Below are positions 1 to 12,969 of a DNA stretch of 64,000 nucleotides, one piece after another (the first letter of the stretch is position 1; the number at the start of each line of letters is the position of its first letter). Source of the DNA: Podarcis gaigeae (lineage: Eukaryota). A model generated the notes under the pieces. That model was given only the letters and a program-made list of their open reading frames with translations. It did no database searches and was not told the DNA's origin. Location of the stretch: NCBI GenBank assembly GCA_964106915.2, contig OZ066927.1. One strand, written 5' to 3'. The position numbers and the translations under genes are program-made.

Positions 1-544
1 TTGTTTCCTTTTTTTTAAAAAAAAAACCTGTAGCTCACTGGCTAAATATTGTGTTCAACTACCTGCTTAATACTATGCTGTTAGGCTATAACCAAAAAAG
101 GGAGTTGACTGAGCCCTTGACAGACCGTCTTGAATGGCTACTATGACAGATTGGCAGGTTAAACATTTTGCAGGCCTGCCTTATTCTGATAGTTCAGAGT
201 GGGTAACATGAAACTTCCTGTCTCCCACATAAGGTGTGAGGAATCAAAGAGGAAAAAAATATTTTTAAAGCCAGGGGCAGGCATAATTCCTGTCTGCCCT
301 GACCATAAGCATAGGGCTAGGTACCAAGAACAAAAGAGAAGTAGAGTTCTGCTAGATCAAAGCAAAGGTTCATATTGTCCGTCATCTACTTCCCAAGGGA
401 AACTCACAAGCAGGACGTGAAGACAACATAGTATTATGAGAGAGGGAGAGAAAAAGCAAAACTCTTCACACTATGTATAATTTGATATACCTCTATGATT
501 TCTCTTACTTGCCTTTTTTATTTTTATTAACAACAAAGTTCCAA

Positions 545-1860
545 ATGTTGTAACCTGTCCTTATGGGTAAATAGTCCCAGCCCCCTAATCATTTTGTTTG
601 CCCTTTTCCAGCTCTACAATGTATTTTTTAATTTACAGTCATAACTCGTGTTGCGTTAGGTTCATGTTGCGTCTTTTCGGCTTGCGAACACGGCAAACCT
701 GGAAGTGTATACTTTCGGGTTTCACCGCACACGCAGAAGTGTTCTGCGCACTTCGTGCATGAGCAGAAGAGCTCTATTGCGCTCCATGCTTGCACAGAAG
801 CGCCTCTCTAGTGGACTTTTCAGGGTGCAAACGGCACACCAGAATGGATCGTGTCCGCAACTAGAGGACTGTACTGCAACCAGGACTGTATACAATATTC
901 CAAGTAGGGGTGCATCATAATATTTGTATAAAGACTTTACAATAGTGGCAGTATTATATTCAGTCTCTTTTGTAGTGATTCCTAGCATGGAATTTGCCCT
1001 TTTTGCAGCTGTTGCACATGACAGTGTAATGCAAACAAGCAATTGTGCAGGTTCCTGAAGCAAAGTCTGTGGTCCCAATACTTCTCCTCCTTCAGCCCCG
1101 CTACCTGGGACTAAGCCATGGTTCATCTTAACATTACATCTGAATCTGGGCTTGTGGATTGTCTCACCCAGAGAAACCGCAAGCGGTAAGCTGAGAACAA
1201 ATCTTCATTGCGCTTGTGGTTTGTCTGGACTGAGACAAACCATGATTCAGGGTTTGTATATAACACTAAGCCAAACCATGGAATAGCCTTGGGTATCAAG
1301 ATGGCAGCAGGAACATGCGAGGAGTGCAGTGATCTCAGTCTTATGCTCATTCACATTAAGTCACAGTTTAGCTTACTGCTGCATGCATGTAAAATTCAGA
1401 TTTTGATTCCCCTCCCCCCCCCACTTTTCACTAATTTATCTTGAGTTGCAATTGGCATTTTGTTTCCCGTTTTCCCAAAATTGGAGAGTTCCTTTTGGAG
1501 CCCTTTACACAATGACACTGTAGGTCATTTATGGATTTTAAAATAGTATTGATCCTGCCAAATATCCTTTGGTGACTCTACACCTTGCATCTCTCCATTT
1601 TGAGAGTTGCATATTTATTATTACTCATTGGTTCCTGTTATTAAAAGTTATTGATCCATATGGGGATCGCTTCCATTCACAATCTTCTTTTCACTCTGAA
1701 ATTTTAATGAGACAAGACTTACCTTTGCTGAAGCCATATTGATGAAAGACTTGTTCGTAAATTTTATATTTAACAATTTACCTAGAACTGATGTTAAGCT
1801 AATCAGCTTGGATCCTTTTTAAAAAAAAACTGATTTTACACTGGTTACTTTCTAGAATGG
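545..1860 (-). mobile_element. Highly decayed CR1 LINE fragments (antisense), interrupted by MITEs
   Basis: CR1-like antisense stretches: TTCCTAGCATGGAATTTGCCCTTTTT (~978), GACTTACCTTTGCTGAAGCCAT (~1716), TTTACCTAGAACTGATGTTAAGCT (~1777). Boundaries approximate. Confidence 0.55.
634..873. mobile_element. Tc1/mariner-type MITE (TA-flanked CAGTC...GACTG) inserted in the CR1 relic
   Basis: TA|CAGTC at 634 and GACTG|TA ending at 873; CpG-rich interior. Confidence 0.55.
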
Positions 1861-1890
1861 TTCTATCCAAGTGAATAATTATTTTCTTAC

Positions 1891-2025
1891 TTGGAGTGAC
1901 GTCCTCCTTCTGAGATGTATATTCTCCATGATGGCAGAGCAGTTATTGCCCTGGGAGTGGAACACATTCTCAAAGGCCTTGTCACATATTTGAATCTCTT
2001 TCAAGTTCTCCAGGGCATCCCCATG
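1891..2025 (-). pseudogene. Probable ancient RPL17 processed-pseudogene fragment (5' part)
   Basis: Minus strand CCTGGAGAAC...GTGTTCCACT...AACTGCTCTGCCATCATGG...ATACATCTCAGAA...AGGACGTCACT is collinear with remembered RPL17 cDNA (CCCGGAGAAC...GTGTTCACT...AACTGCTCAGGCCATCAAGG...ATGCATATACGAA...AAGATGTCACT). Translation AIMENIHLRR vs AIKGMHIRK. Confidence 0.4.
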
Positions 2026-2143
2026 GCCACAAAATTATACTGTAACTGTGCCCAGCTGTTTGAGGCACAGGACATAGTGGTGCTTGTAATCTATTGTTTG
2101 AAAAGTAAGAATAGAGTAACACTTTTTCATTAAGGTATTATTA

Positions 2144-2369
2144 CAGTGGTACCTTGGGTTACAGACGCCTCAGGTTACAGACTCCGCTAACCCAGAAATA
2201 GTACCTCGGGTTAAGAACTTTGCTTCAGGATGAGAACAGAAATCGTGCTCCTGCGGCGTGGTGGTAGTGGGAGGCCCCATTCGTTAAAGTGGTGCTTCAG
2301 GTTAAGAACAGTTTCAGGTTAAGAACGGACCTCCGGAACGAATTAAGTTCTTGACCCGAGGTACCACTG
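2144..2369 (+). mobile_element. Tc1/mariner-type MITE, family A copy 1
   Basis: TIRs CAGTGGTACCT...AGGTACCACTG with TA target duplication (2142-2143, 2370-2371). Confidence 0.9.
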
Positions 2370-5300
2370 TATTTCTTTTGTCGGTTATACAATATTAAAA
2401 ACGCTTGTATGTACCCCGCTTTAAAGCAGATACATCAGAGCATTTAAACAAAGAAAACTGCTGTAATGCCAGAGCATTTTCATGACCAGAGGTAATAGAT
2501 TACCATAAGTGATAAGGGAGTAGGAACAGTCTTAATGAACCTCTGAACAACCTGCAGGACTTGGTTGTAACTTGCACTATTTTCATTTCACTGTTTGAGT
2601 AGCTGCTAAGAAGTCAACATTCAGAGGTCTCATTCAGCGCAAGGCATTTTACAGGTGTTTTTTGAAATACTTTTTAAAAGCAACATTACAAACAGTTATG
2701 CCAAACAGTAGACAATTAAATCATAAGCAGGCAAGACATCAAGACCACATTATTGGGGTCAGAAATGCCCAAGGTTGTGCTCTCTAGATGTTGCTGGTCC
2801 TGGACTGCAATTCTCAACAGCCCCAGCCAGCATGGCTGTAGTTCCAGTAATATCTGGTGGCTCTACATTGGCTACTCTGAGACAGCCCAGCCATAGTCAT
2901 TTATAGGAAGCAGACTATTGAGCTCATGCAGCAGCTTTCCAGATTTTCAGATGGGAGCCCATTTCAGCTCTACCTGGAGATGCCAGGAATTGAATTTCAG
3001 ATCTTTTGTATACAGAGTATGCGCTCTACCTCTAAGCTATGGCACTTTTGGAGTTTGCTCCCACAATAGGTCACAATGGTGATCAACTTGGATGGCTTTA
3101 AAATAGGATTACAGTATACAGATTCATGGAGGATAATGCTACCAATGACTACTAGCTACTGTTGAAGGAAGTATATCTCTGAATCCCAGTTGCTGGCAAT
3201 CACAAGGAAAAGAGTTCTTTAGTGCTCAGTTTCTGCTTGTGGGCTTCTCATAATGGGCATCTGGATGACCATTGTGAGAACAGGGTGTTGGAATAGATGG
3301 GCCACTGGCCTGCTCCAACTGCTGTGTTCTCCAGATGAAAGGTTTTTACTTTCAATGGGCCCATTCCTAGGGTTGAAATTCCCAAAAGATTCTGCTACCA
3401 CAGAAGAGACATGACATTCACTCATTGAGTGAATAATGGCACCCTAAACAAGCCTTCCTTAGCTGAGCTCCCTGTCGGGAAACAGTTGATTCAAGGAAGG
3501 GTGTTCTTTTGTTTCTCAGGGAACTGTCATAGTAACTGTTCGCTAACTAAACTTTTTGAATGCTGAGTGTACTAAAATGGTCAGGAAATGGAAGAAACCA
3601 CAAGAAAACCTGCTCAAGCTGTGTGTCTTATTAAGCACTAACTAGCTGCAAGAAACCAAGCATAAGCTGGAGTTTTCTTGTGTTCTGAGGCTCTGTGGCT
3701 TTCTGGCCCTGCTGGTTTGTTTTGTCAGGATAGGAAGATACATTGGCATTTGAAGCTCTAACACTTTGAGATTGTTCTTCTACACTGATTGTTCTTGAGT
3801 TTTAATTACTATGCTTAAGTAAATTGAGTTCCTGCATGGTGAAACCTTTATTATGTACTGTTCTGTCTTTCTGTTCATGTCACATGTGCTTGTATTTTCA
3901 TGTCTATCAATTTGATAGTAACACCTCCAATTGCAGAAATGTGCATTTGATTTTAAATAGTTTATTTAGCTGGTTTTCTCAGATAAGATAGAATTCTCAC
4001 ATGCATAGACAGGAAAGAAACTACAAGGCATTTTGAGTGTTGTATATGAAAATTCCTCTGAGGCTATAATCTTAGAGTATTACTATGCCACCTAAATATT
4101 TTAAATGTCTTCAAAAATAGTTGAGACATTTATTAATTGAAGGTCAGTGGTTCCCTGGATAAATTTGCCATCGTGTCTAGATTTTAAGTTTTCTATGCAC
4201 TAAAGGCAGCACTGTCAATGTGCCATGAGGCTGCCTTTAGAAATCTTCCAGATGCCTGGGCAGCTAAGAAGGACTTCACTTAAGATTTTGTTCTTTTTCT
4301 TAATTTATCTGAATGCCAGGCTATGCCCAAACTCTACTGGTATGCTGTTTAGAAAATTTTGTTGGGAGCCTAAAAGACAGTGTACATTTGCAAGTAAGTC
4401 ACCTGACTGCTCAGTACTTGATGAATTACAACTGAATGTATGAATTGACTCCTGCATATTATACTTATTTGGTGGAAACCATTGATCAACTTTCAAGAGA
4501 TTTTATGCAATTATATAGCTGCCTCTGTACATGATCTGTCAAGTTTCACTTCCTCTTTAGAGGAGAACTGCGTAATGGCAATAATTTCCACTCAAGGAAG
4601 CTGTAAAATCCTGACTGCAGAGTACTTGACTCAGTTATGTTTCCGATAAACATAGCCATTTGCAGAGATACAAAAGGAGATTATTGCTACAGATTAATAA
4701 AGTGTAAGGGAAATAGGCAGGGTTGTAAGAGCATGAGACACTAGCTTTGAGCTTCAAAATCCAAGGGCGTCCTCTTGGTAGTTCCTCTGCACCCAGAGGC
4801 TCAGGGTGGTGGCAGCCCAGGAGAGGGCATTCTCTGTGGCAGCCCTTAAGCTTTAAAATTTCCTCCCCACAAAGGTGTGTATTGCACCTTCATTATACTT
4901 CTTATAGAAGTATATTTTTATTTTTGTAAGTGCTTTCAAACTGTTTTCAATGTGGTATCTGAATGTTGTAACCTGCCCTGGGACCTTAGGGTGAAGAAAC
5001 AAATAATACTGTTGCTGCATGGTATATAGAACATAAGAGGATACCTTCTGAATCAGAACACGTGCCCAAATAGCCCATCGTTCTATTTTCAAAATGGTCT
5101 TTGAGAAGTGCATAAGCAGAACATGGGTCCAATAGCTTGTGATCCTCCGCAGCCACCACTGTTCAGAAACATACTTTCCATCTGCTAATCAGGGTACAGA
5201 GACACACATGTTTGATTGTGGTATCATAGTTCTTATCTGTGTTAGGCTTGAATTAATCTATTGCTATGTGATGTTTGTCAGATTAAATGTGTTGGGTTTT

Positions 5301-8300
5301 ATAATACCCAGTGAGAGAGTTGTTCTCTCCAGAGATTGTTGGATTTCTTCTGCTGGCAATAGTAACATAGCAAATTTGTGGGTTAGCTTTCTTATCCACT
5401 GGGAGGAGTTCAAATTAAATGCAGAAACTTGCTGACTATGAAACAATATTGGAATATTTACATTCTTATCCAAGATGATATCAGTATCTGGCAGTGTGTC
5501 CACAAAGGCTGTTTGTATGTCAAATGACTGGAACAGATTATTATTTTTTTAACAGAGTTTTTTTGCCTCTGGGTTTCATTCTGCCTGTCTCTAGTTTGTT
5601 TGATTAAGATAAACCTTTGCATTGGAGCATCAGCTTCTAATAAACAATAACAAAAACCCCTCGTATTTTGGAAGACAATATAAAATGAAGGAGAGCTGTA
5701 GTAATAGAGAGACTTTGCTTTAGAAATTCCAGTTTAGTATGATAGTGTCATACTTAATTTAAACTTATAACAATTCTTTGGTAGTGTATTGTATCATCGT
5801 ATCTAATAAGTCAAGCTTTTTCCTCTCAGAATTGTATGAAAAAAATCTGTCAACTGCTGATTCTGAACTTTCAGTTTGAGTTTGAAGGACTTCATAAATT
5901 AGAAAACTCATGAATTAAAACAAGCTTCTCAACTATTTTTCATGATTGTTGTTGTGGTTGTGTATTCAAATATGCATCCGTTTTTCTCTGTGTGCAGAAG
6001 ATAGAGGCATTTGAGATGCTTGGTGGTTTTATGACCATGTCACAGAGACAAGATATTTGGCAGACTCCCAGACTGTGCTCTTGAATCAAATTCCTGAAGA
6101 TGTTGTGCAACATTTAGGAATACATTTCCAACATAGCCCTTAGAATGTTGCTTGCTTAGTAATTGAAACAAATCCTATAGAAATCCTCATTAGTATCATT
6201 TGAATGTTTGCTCAGTAATATTATTTTAATACATTGTCTTTAAAATTAATTATTTCTGAGAGAAAATGTTTTGAGTTTTTATCCATTTCACACCAAGCTT
6301 CCAAGCATTCTGTGCCAGGCCTGGGGTGATGGAAGTGGGAGGAGGGGCAGGCTAGGCCACTTGGTTTGCGATGGCCTATCTTGGCTTTCTGTTGTAGAGT
6401 ATTGTATTCACCTTAAATAGCTTACCATTCCACAGCCATGTTAAAATGCTAGTTTAAAACGGCTTCCATGTTATGCTTATAGACGCAGTGCCTCTGTGCT
6501 ATTGAAATGTGAACACTGCAACTCCTCCCTTTTATGTATGTTGACAGGTCTTTTGGTGAAATGGCTTGGGTTGAATGGGAGAAGCATCTGCACCTTTTGT
6601 CTTCCCACATGACAGATGTCTGAAGGCATCATCCCAATTCACAATTGGCAGATGGAGCTTTCTTATATGCTGCTGTCTCATTTGACTGACATGGAGACAA
6701 ATGTCTTGTTTAAATATCAATTAACACTTAATGACTTTAGGAATCAGTGCAACTTCTGACTGAATAGCATATGCTCTGAGGAACTTACTGTGAGCCAGAT
6801 GAAAAACAGCTACCATACCTTGATGCCTTTATGTTCTTCAAAATAAGTATTTTTTACACATTGTTATTTGATGGCTGGATGTGGATTGAATGTGTTCTTC
6901 TTAAGCTCCTTGCTGAGTTTTCAAAGCAAAGCACCCTACCCTAACTTTAGATCAACCTCTGATTGCAGGCAGACTTCTGTTTCTTGGAGACTAGCAGATA
7001 GCATTCTCCAGTTCACCATTATCTATGGAATTCTGTAGTTTAATAACTTTCCTAACATCAAGACTCCTTAGCATATGCAGTGTTTGCAACAAAATGTATA
7101 TTAAGTCTTGAAGACTCTTACACAGGACTATCCAACCTCCCAGTTATTTGCTTCTCACCGACTTCTTTCAACCCTTAGAAAGGGACATAAGTTAGGAACT
7201 GTACCTGGGAATGATTTTGCTTTGCATTACTCTGTGTGTGGCTTCTGTGCGGACAAGGAATGCTTTGCCTCTAGCTGAAGGTAGCCTCTGAATATAAGGT
7301 TTGCCTCCAGTGATTTACCATTGTTATAACTGCAATATACACTTGTCTATATTGAACTGAACTTTAATATCTGGCTGCCTGAGAGATGCTAGCAGGTTTG
7401 CAGTTTGATAAACTGTGAACATAATTTCCGCCTAAAGGGTATCTTTTTAAGCCATGTTTTGCTATTTGTTTGGGGCACATTAATGTTAACTGAGTTGACA
7501 TTTGTTTGCATTCTCACTTGTGGTGTGATTTGGTTTTTAGGTGGACTTTAGAACATTCTAGTTGGGGAAGGAAAACAAGTGAGCTGGCTGCATTATTCTC
7601 AAATCTGCTAAAGAAAAGGGAGAAATATTTTCTTCTGCTTCCCTTTCTCCTTTTGTCTGAATAGATTAACATTAAAGGTGGGGTGGTGCATAAATATTGC
7701 CTTATCACAGCTGCTTGTTGGCTTGGATTTGCTGTGCTGTGGAATTACATTAGGAGAACTTAAAAAAAAATGTACTTTATATTTGTGAGTGCCATGCAAG
7801 GAACAACATGCCAGTGGGACAATTCTGAGGATGACATATTTTGAGAGGCAAAACATTAAGGTAGCAGTAATTTGTTTGCATTCAGAACTGAAATTTAAAA
7901 ACAGAGAAATTAGTATGGAGAGCAAAATAAACTATTGGAGAAAATCTGCCACTTAACTACTAAGACAATCATTTTGTAAGTCTTTAAACAACAGGTGACT
8001 AGACGATTTCAATAGCCTTCCTAAGGCAGGGAATACCCTGATTTGCTATTTAGGTTTTAGGTTTCCTTCTGTATCTACCTGGTAATAGTCAAGTGACTTT
8101 ATCCACTGTGGCTTAAATTATCCAAATTTAGATAATGGCCAGGGCCTGGAAGAACTTTTAGGCTTCCTTGAATCTCAGTTGAGAACAGTGAGGGGTCAGG
8201 GAGAGAGAACAGTTAGTCTTGACTGCAGGTAAACTTGAGGCTTATGGGCCACTTAGACAAATAGACCCCCACCCCGCCCCCATTACATATGTGTGTGCTA

Positions 8301-8336
8301 GGATTCTCTTTAGAAATAACTTTGTACATGCTAGTA

Positions 8337-8564
8337 CAGTGGTACCTCGTGTTACAGGCACTTCAGATTACAAACGCTTCTGGTTACAGACTCCGCTAAC
8401 CCAGAAATAGTACCTCGGGTTAAGAACTTTGCTTCAGAATGAGAACAGAAATTGCGCGGCAGCCGGAGGCCCCATTAGCTAAAGTGGTACCTCAGGTTAA
8501 CAACAGTTTCAGGTTAAGAACAGACCTCCAGAATGAATTAAATTCTTAATCTGAGGTACCACTG
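8337..8564 (+). mobile_element. Tc1/mariner-type MITE, family A copy 2
   Basis: Same TIRs and interior as copy 1; TA TSD. Confidence 0.9.
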
Positions 8565-9397
8565 TAATGTTAATGCAGGGAACGACTGATTTATGCATTT
8601 CCAATTGACTTGTGCACCATGGTGACCCAGAGCTGGCTGGAAAAGGGGGTGGGGCAGAGACGGAATGGGCTTAGGTGCACTCTGACAACACATGGGGGTA
8701 ATCTTCAAAATTAGCCAGGAAGGGCGTCTGACAGCTCCACCACCTGAAGGTGCATGCCTGGGGATCATTGGATCATGACTTTTTTTTTTTGCACACTAAT
8801 ATCAGATCCTGTAGAATTTTATCAGTTATGTTTTATCTGTACAATTGGACTGAATTTCAGGAACCAAAATGCTTTTTCTGAGCAGGAGCAGTAAACGTTA
8901 TAGTTAATTGTTGTAGCTTTTCATTTGCCCCACCCCATTGCCCTGCTCACAGTTGTGAAGAATATTCTTATGATATCAATGGTCCATGTCACCATTAAGA
9001 AAAGGAGGTCAAAATAAGTCAGTATATATGTGGACTGTCCCTGGATAAAGTGACTTTCCTTTTTAAATTTCTCAAAGTTCTTAACCTAGCTCAAGGCTGT
9101 CATCTGAACTAGCCAGATGTTTAACAGATAATCAATCACAGTCAGTCCTTCATTTGAAAAATAAGACTTTGGAACCGTATTTCCCTAAAATGGCAACTAG
9201 ACATTCCATTTTGGCAACTGCAACCTTGGTTTAAGGAGCCTTTTGGCACCTAGCTTATATATCTGAGTTTCTAACACTGGCGTGGGGGTGTATGCAAATC
9301 GGTTGTTGCCTGTATAAGAACATTGATCCTACAGTTAATGAGCATTGCAGAACTATGACACTCCCCCTCTGCTCTCCTCTTCCTGCATGGTCTAGAT

Positions 9398-9533
9398 CAG
9401 TGTTTCCCAACCTTGTGCCTCCAGATGTTTTTGGCCTACAACTTCCATCATCCCTGACCACTGGTCTTGCTAGCTAGGGATGATGGGAGTTGTAGGCCAA
9501 AAACATCTGGAGGCACAAGGTTGGGAAACACTG
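9398..9533. mobile_element. hAT (Charlie-like) palindromic MITE
   Basis: 58-bp arms (9398-9455 / 9476-9533) with a single mismatch; perfect 8-bp TSD GTCTAGAT (9390-9397, 9534-9541). Confidence 0.9.
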
Positions 9534-12500
9534 GTCTAGATGAGAGATAAAAAGTCTCTGGTTCTAACTTCACATCATGGTTAATAATCTTGGTTTCATT
9601 GAATGAAACATAGTTTAACACTAACCACAGTTTCAAAATAAAGAATGCTCCTCTCAGTGCACAAACCCATGGCTTTCTCATGCAATACTAAATTTTGTGT
9701 GAACCAAACCAAACTCTAAACTGAATCAGTGCCCTCTACTAGATGCAGTGAATTTAAAGATGGTTTCCTATGTAAATTAAGAACCAATTTGATCATTGAC
9801 CGTACATAAATATTTACAGCCTACTTACTCAACATAGGTATTTCATTTCTACCTCATATGTTGCTCTGATCTGCGCAGTACCGGTAACTATCAGCCCTTG
9901 CTTTGACCTATCAGTCATGGGAATTTCATTTTTGTTTGCTCCTTTCTTTTTGTGATGGCACGGCTGGGCCAAGGCAGAAGGAAAAGCAGACAGGAGCAAT
10001 ATTGGAAAGAGGGAAATATGGAATTGTCTAGTGTGCACGGTGTTTTTCCACACCTAGTGATACCTTCTGGTTGTAAGATCCTATATACTGTAATAATAAT
10101 TTAATGAAATTATTTATATAGATATGTTTTAAAATCTATTAAGCAATGTTATGTTCTAAAATTAGTAAAAAATAAACTTGTATTTAAAAATTATACAAAA
10201 TATCTCCTTTACCCCTTCTATAACTAATGTCCTATTTAGTTGTAAATTAGTGTTGCCTAGTGGTTGGATTTGCACAATTTAAAATAAAATGTGAAGTATA
10301 TCAATAGGAAACTTGATTTAAATTTGCTTTTTTTTCTTGCAGATTTAAATTATGAAATGTAATTGTTTCAAATCCCCTTGACTGGATTTTGCTGCAAGCA
10401 AGGTGGATTTCAGAGTTGTTTTTGGAGCTCAGCTGTTAAAAATGGAAGAATGAGATTGTCTGCAGTGTGCTGCTCTGTTGTTTATTCGAATGGGATTTTA
10501 TAGGGCTGCTTGGAAGAGGACAGATGAGCCAGGCTCTCTGTTTAATCTGTGGACTGGAGAGGTGGTCTTCCTCCTGATAATATTTTAATCTTATCTGTTT
10601 AGTCACTGTTTATAGGTTTACTAAAGGGGGTGAGGAGCTACCTCTGCTGGGTTTAAAGGAGGAAAGCCTCCAAGACCAGTGACAGCCAGCACATGTCCGT
10701 CTGAAAATGAGCACTTCTTGAAAGTGAAAATTCATTCTCTGCTGGAATGGAATTCTGTTCAATTCCCTGTTAGCCCTATGAACTTCATATGGTTGCATTC
10801 CATACGGCTTATGCAATGGACTTCTCACAGTGAAATCCTTATACATCTTAATGAGAAGTTATTTGCATGCCTGAATTTCCCTGAACAATGATCTAACTGT
10901 TGGAAGTTTGCTGTTTGACTTAGAATAGTGGCTTGTAACAATTGCATGATTGATAGCTTGAAGAGACTATTTCTGTAAGTAGTCAGGTTAGCAATTTATT
11001 TCTTAAAGGGACACTGATACTAACAATAACACTTGAATTGGTTTAATTTGGCCTTGCTATCATAGCAATTCCACTTATGGCCGCACTTTTTTGTATATTA
11101 GCATAGCTAGTGATTGCTTCTGCCGCTGGTACATACACCTTTGGTACGAAATGCACACAATAAATGATATTGGATTGCTCCCCTGCATATTTTGGTATGC
11201 CTTGAAATAGAAGTATGAATTGGATATATCCAGTCATTTTCCTTATGTCTCCTTGAAAGTAGAAGGACCTTTTCAGGGTGGGGAGAGGGCCTCTTCTGAC
11301 CCTGAACCTAAAGATCCATTGAAGCTTTGGCCATCTTGAGCTGTGAGGAAATGCTTCCTTCATTGCAGTAAATGATTTAGCATTTTATTCATGTTTATGT
11401 CCCTGCCAGAACATGTGAGATGTGCTCTTGAGGTTTTGTTCTAATTTTGTCATTGGGACATTTTCGACAAAATGACATCTGTAAAGGACTATATGAAACT
11501 CTCAAATTAGTTATTTTAGTGCTTTATTCTGGAGGGTCCTATCACCTACCTGCAGAATCTTGAAGCACCTGCCAGCATTGCTATACTTGCTTTGACCTGG
11601 TTAGTGAGTCCTAAAGTGCACAAGAATAGAAAGTGTGCACAAACTCTTTCTCCTTATCCACAGCAAGCTTAATTATGGAGCCTATCATACTTCACCTTTA
11701 ATCCTTTTTGAATTCAGACCTTTATAATGTCTACTCATGATGGTACAAGTTCAGTTGTATGGATCTTCTGGAACTAGTAAACAAGCTAATTGAGGCTATG
11801 GACATTGACACATTTGGAGCAGTTGGTGGTGGTGGCAGAGGTTCTGCATGGAGCTTGTGACCTCAGCGTCATCATGTGTATGCTGTTCTCCCTTCCACTC
11901 TCCAGGACCAGGTGCAGGATTGTGGGCATGCTCCTAATACCAGGTAACTTTTATGTTGGGTCTCCTGTTGCTGTGTATGAGCCCCAAGTTACTGTTGGAA
12001 CTACTCTTAAAATTTATTCTGGTCTTTGTATTGAAAGCTGTTAAATAGGCTGGAAACAAATGTTAAAGTGATACTCTCCTTGAATAGTATAGGAATTTAC
12101 ACCATCCTCCTTAAAACTATCCAGCTTTTGTCTTTTGGAAGGGTTCTTGCCTATTAGTCGCATACAGTAAGTTTTTTTGTGTATCTATCAAAGAAAATAA
12201 ACCTGTATTTAACCCAGTATCCTTGCCTATTATTTGGCAATATAACAGGGCCAGCAGGTCATGATGTGTATGCTGAATTTGCTTCCCTCACTAAAAAAGG
12301 CCACAGTCATTGGATCACATGCTAGTTATCTTTTGGTGCTTCTATTCTGTCTGCTTTGGGTGAAATTGTTTGCATATCCATGAAAATGCCAATGGATATG
12401 TTTTGGGAAAAGAAAGCCAAAGGTTAAAGTTCAGGATAAGTTGCCTTTGTGGCTTTGCACAGCATGACACTAGTATGTTGCAATTGTACTCCACCCTCAC

Positions 12501-12969
12501 AATATTATGAATGTACCTCCCATAAGCATTGTGTTCCTCATATCTCTAGTTTTTTGCACAAATAAGGATGTGCATAAGCAAGATTTAAAATTTCTTTCAA
12601 CTTTAAAGAAGGGAGGCTGAGCAATCTCATACTTTAGGAGTTTAGAGGCTAGTGTAAACATATTTTTAAATATGGAGGTGTAATAGAGGAAATAAAAAGG
12701 GAAATTCCAGGCACTAGACTTGATCCTTGGAGTCCAGTTTTGGTGCATTTATACCTTTCATCACTTTCACAAAAGACTCATATGCACATGTAACAACTTG
12801 CAGGTATGTCTCTACATGTCAAATTTTAATCCCTGGACTGTAAAGTCAACATGATCCCCTCAGGGTTTTCCCTGCTCACCCCTTCTTTGGAGGTTTTTAA
12901 GCAGAGGTTGGATGGCCTTCTGTTTTAGCTGAGATTCCTGCATTACAGGAGGTTGGACTAGATGATCGT

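Noticed and set aside
1715-1790. Minus-strand exon-like segment with a gtaagt donor
   Set aside because: Part of the CR1 relic
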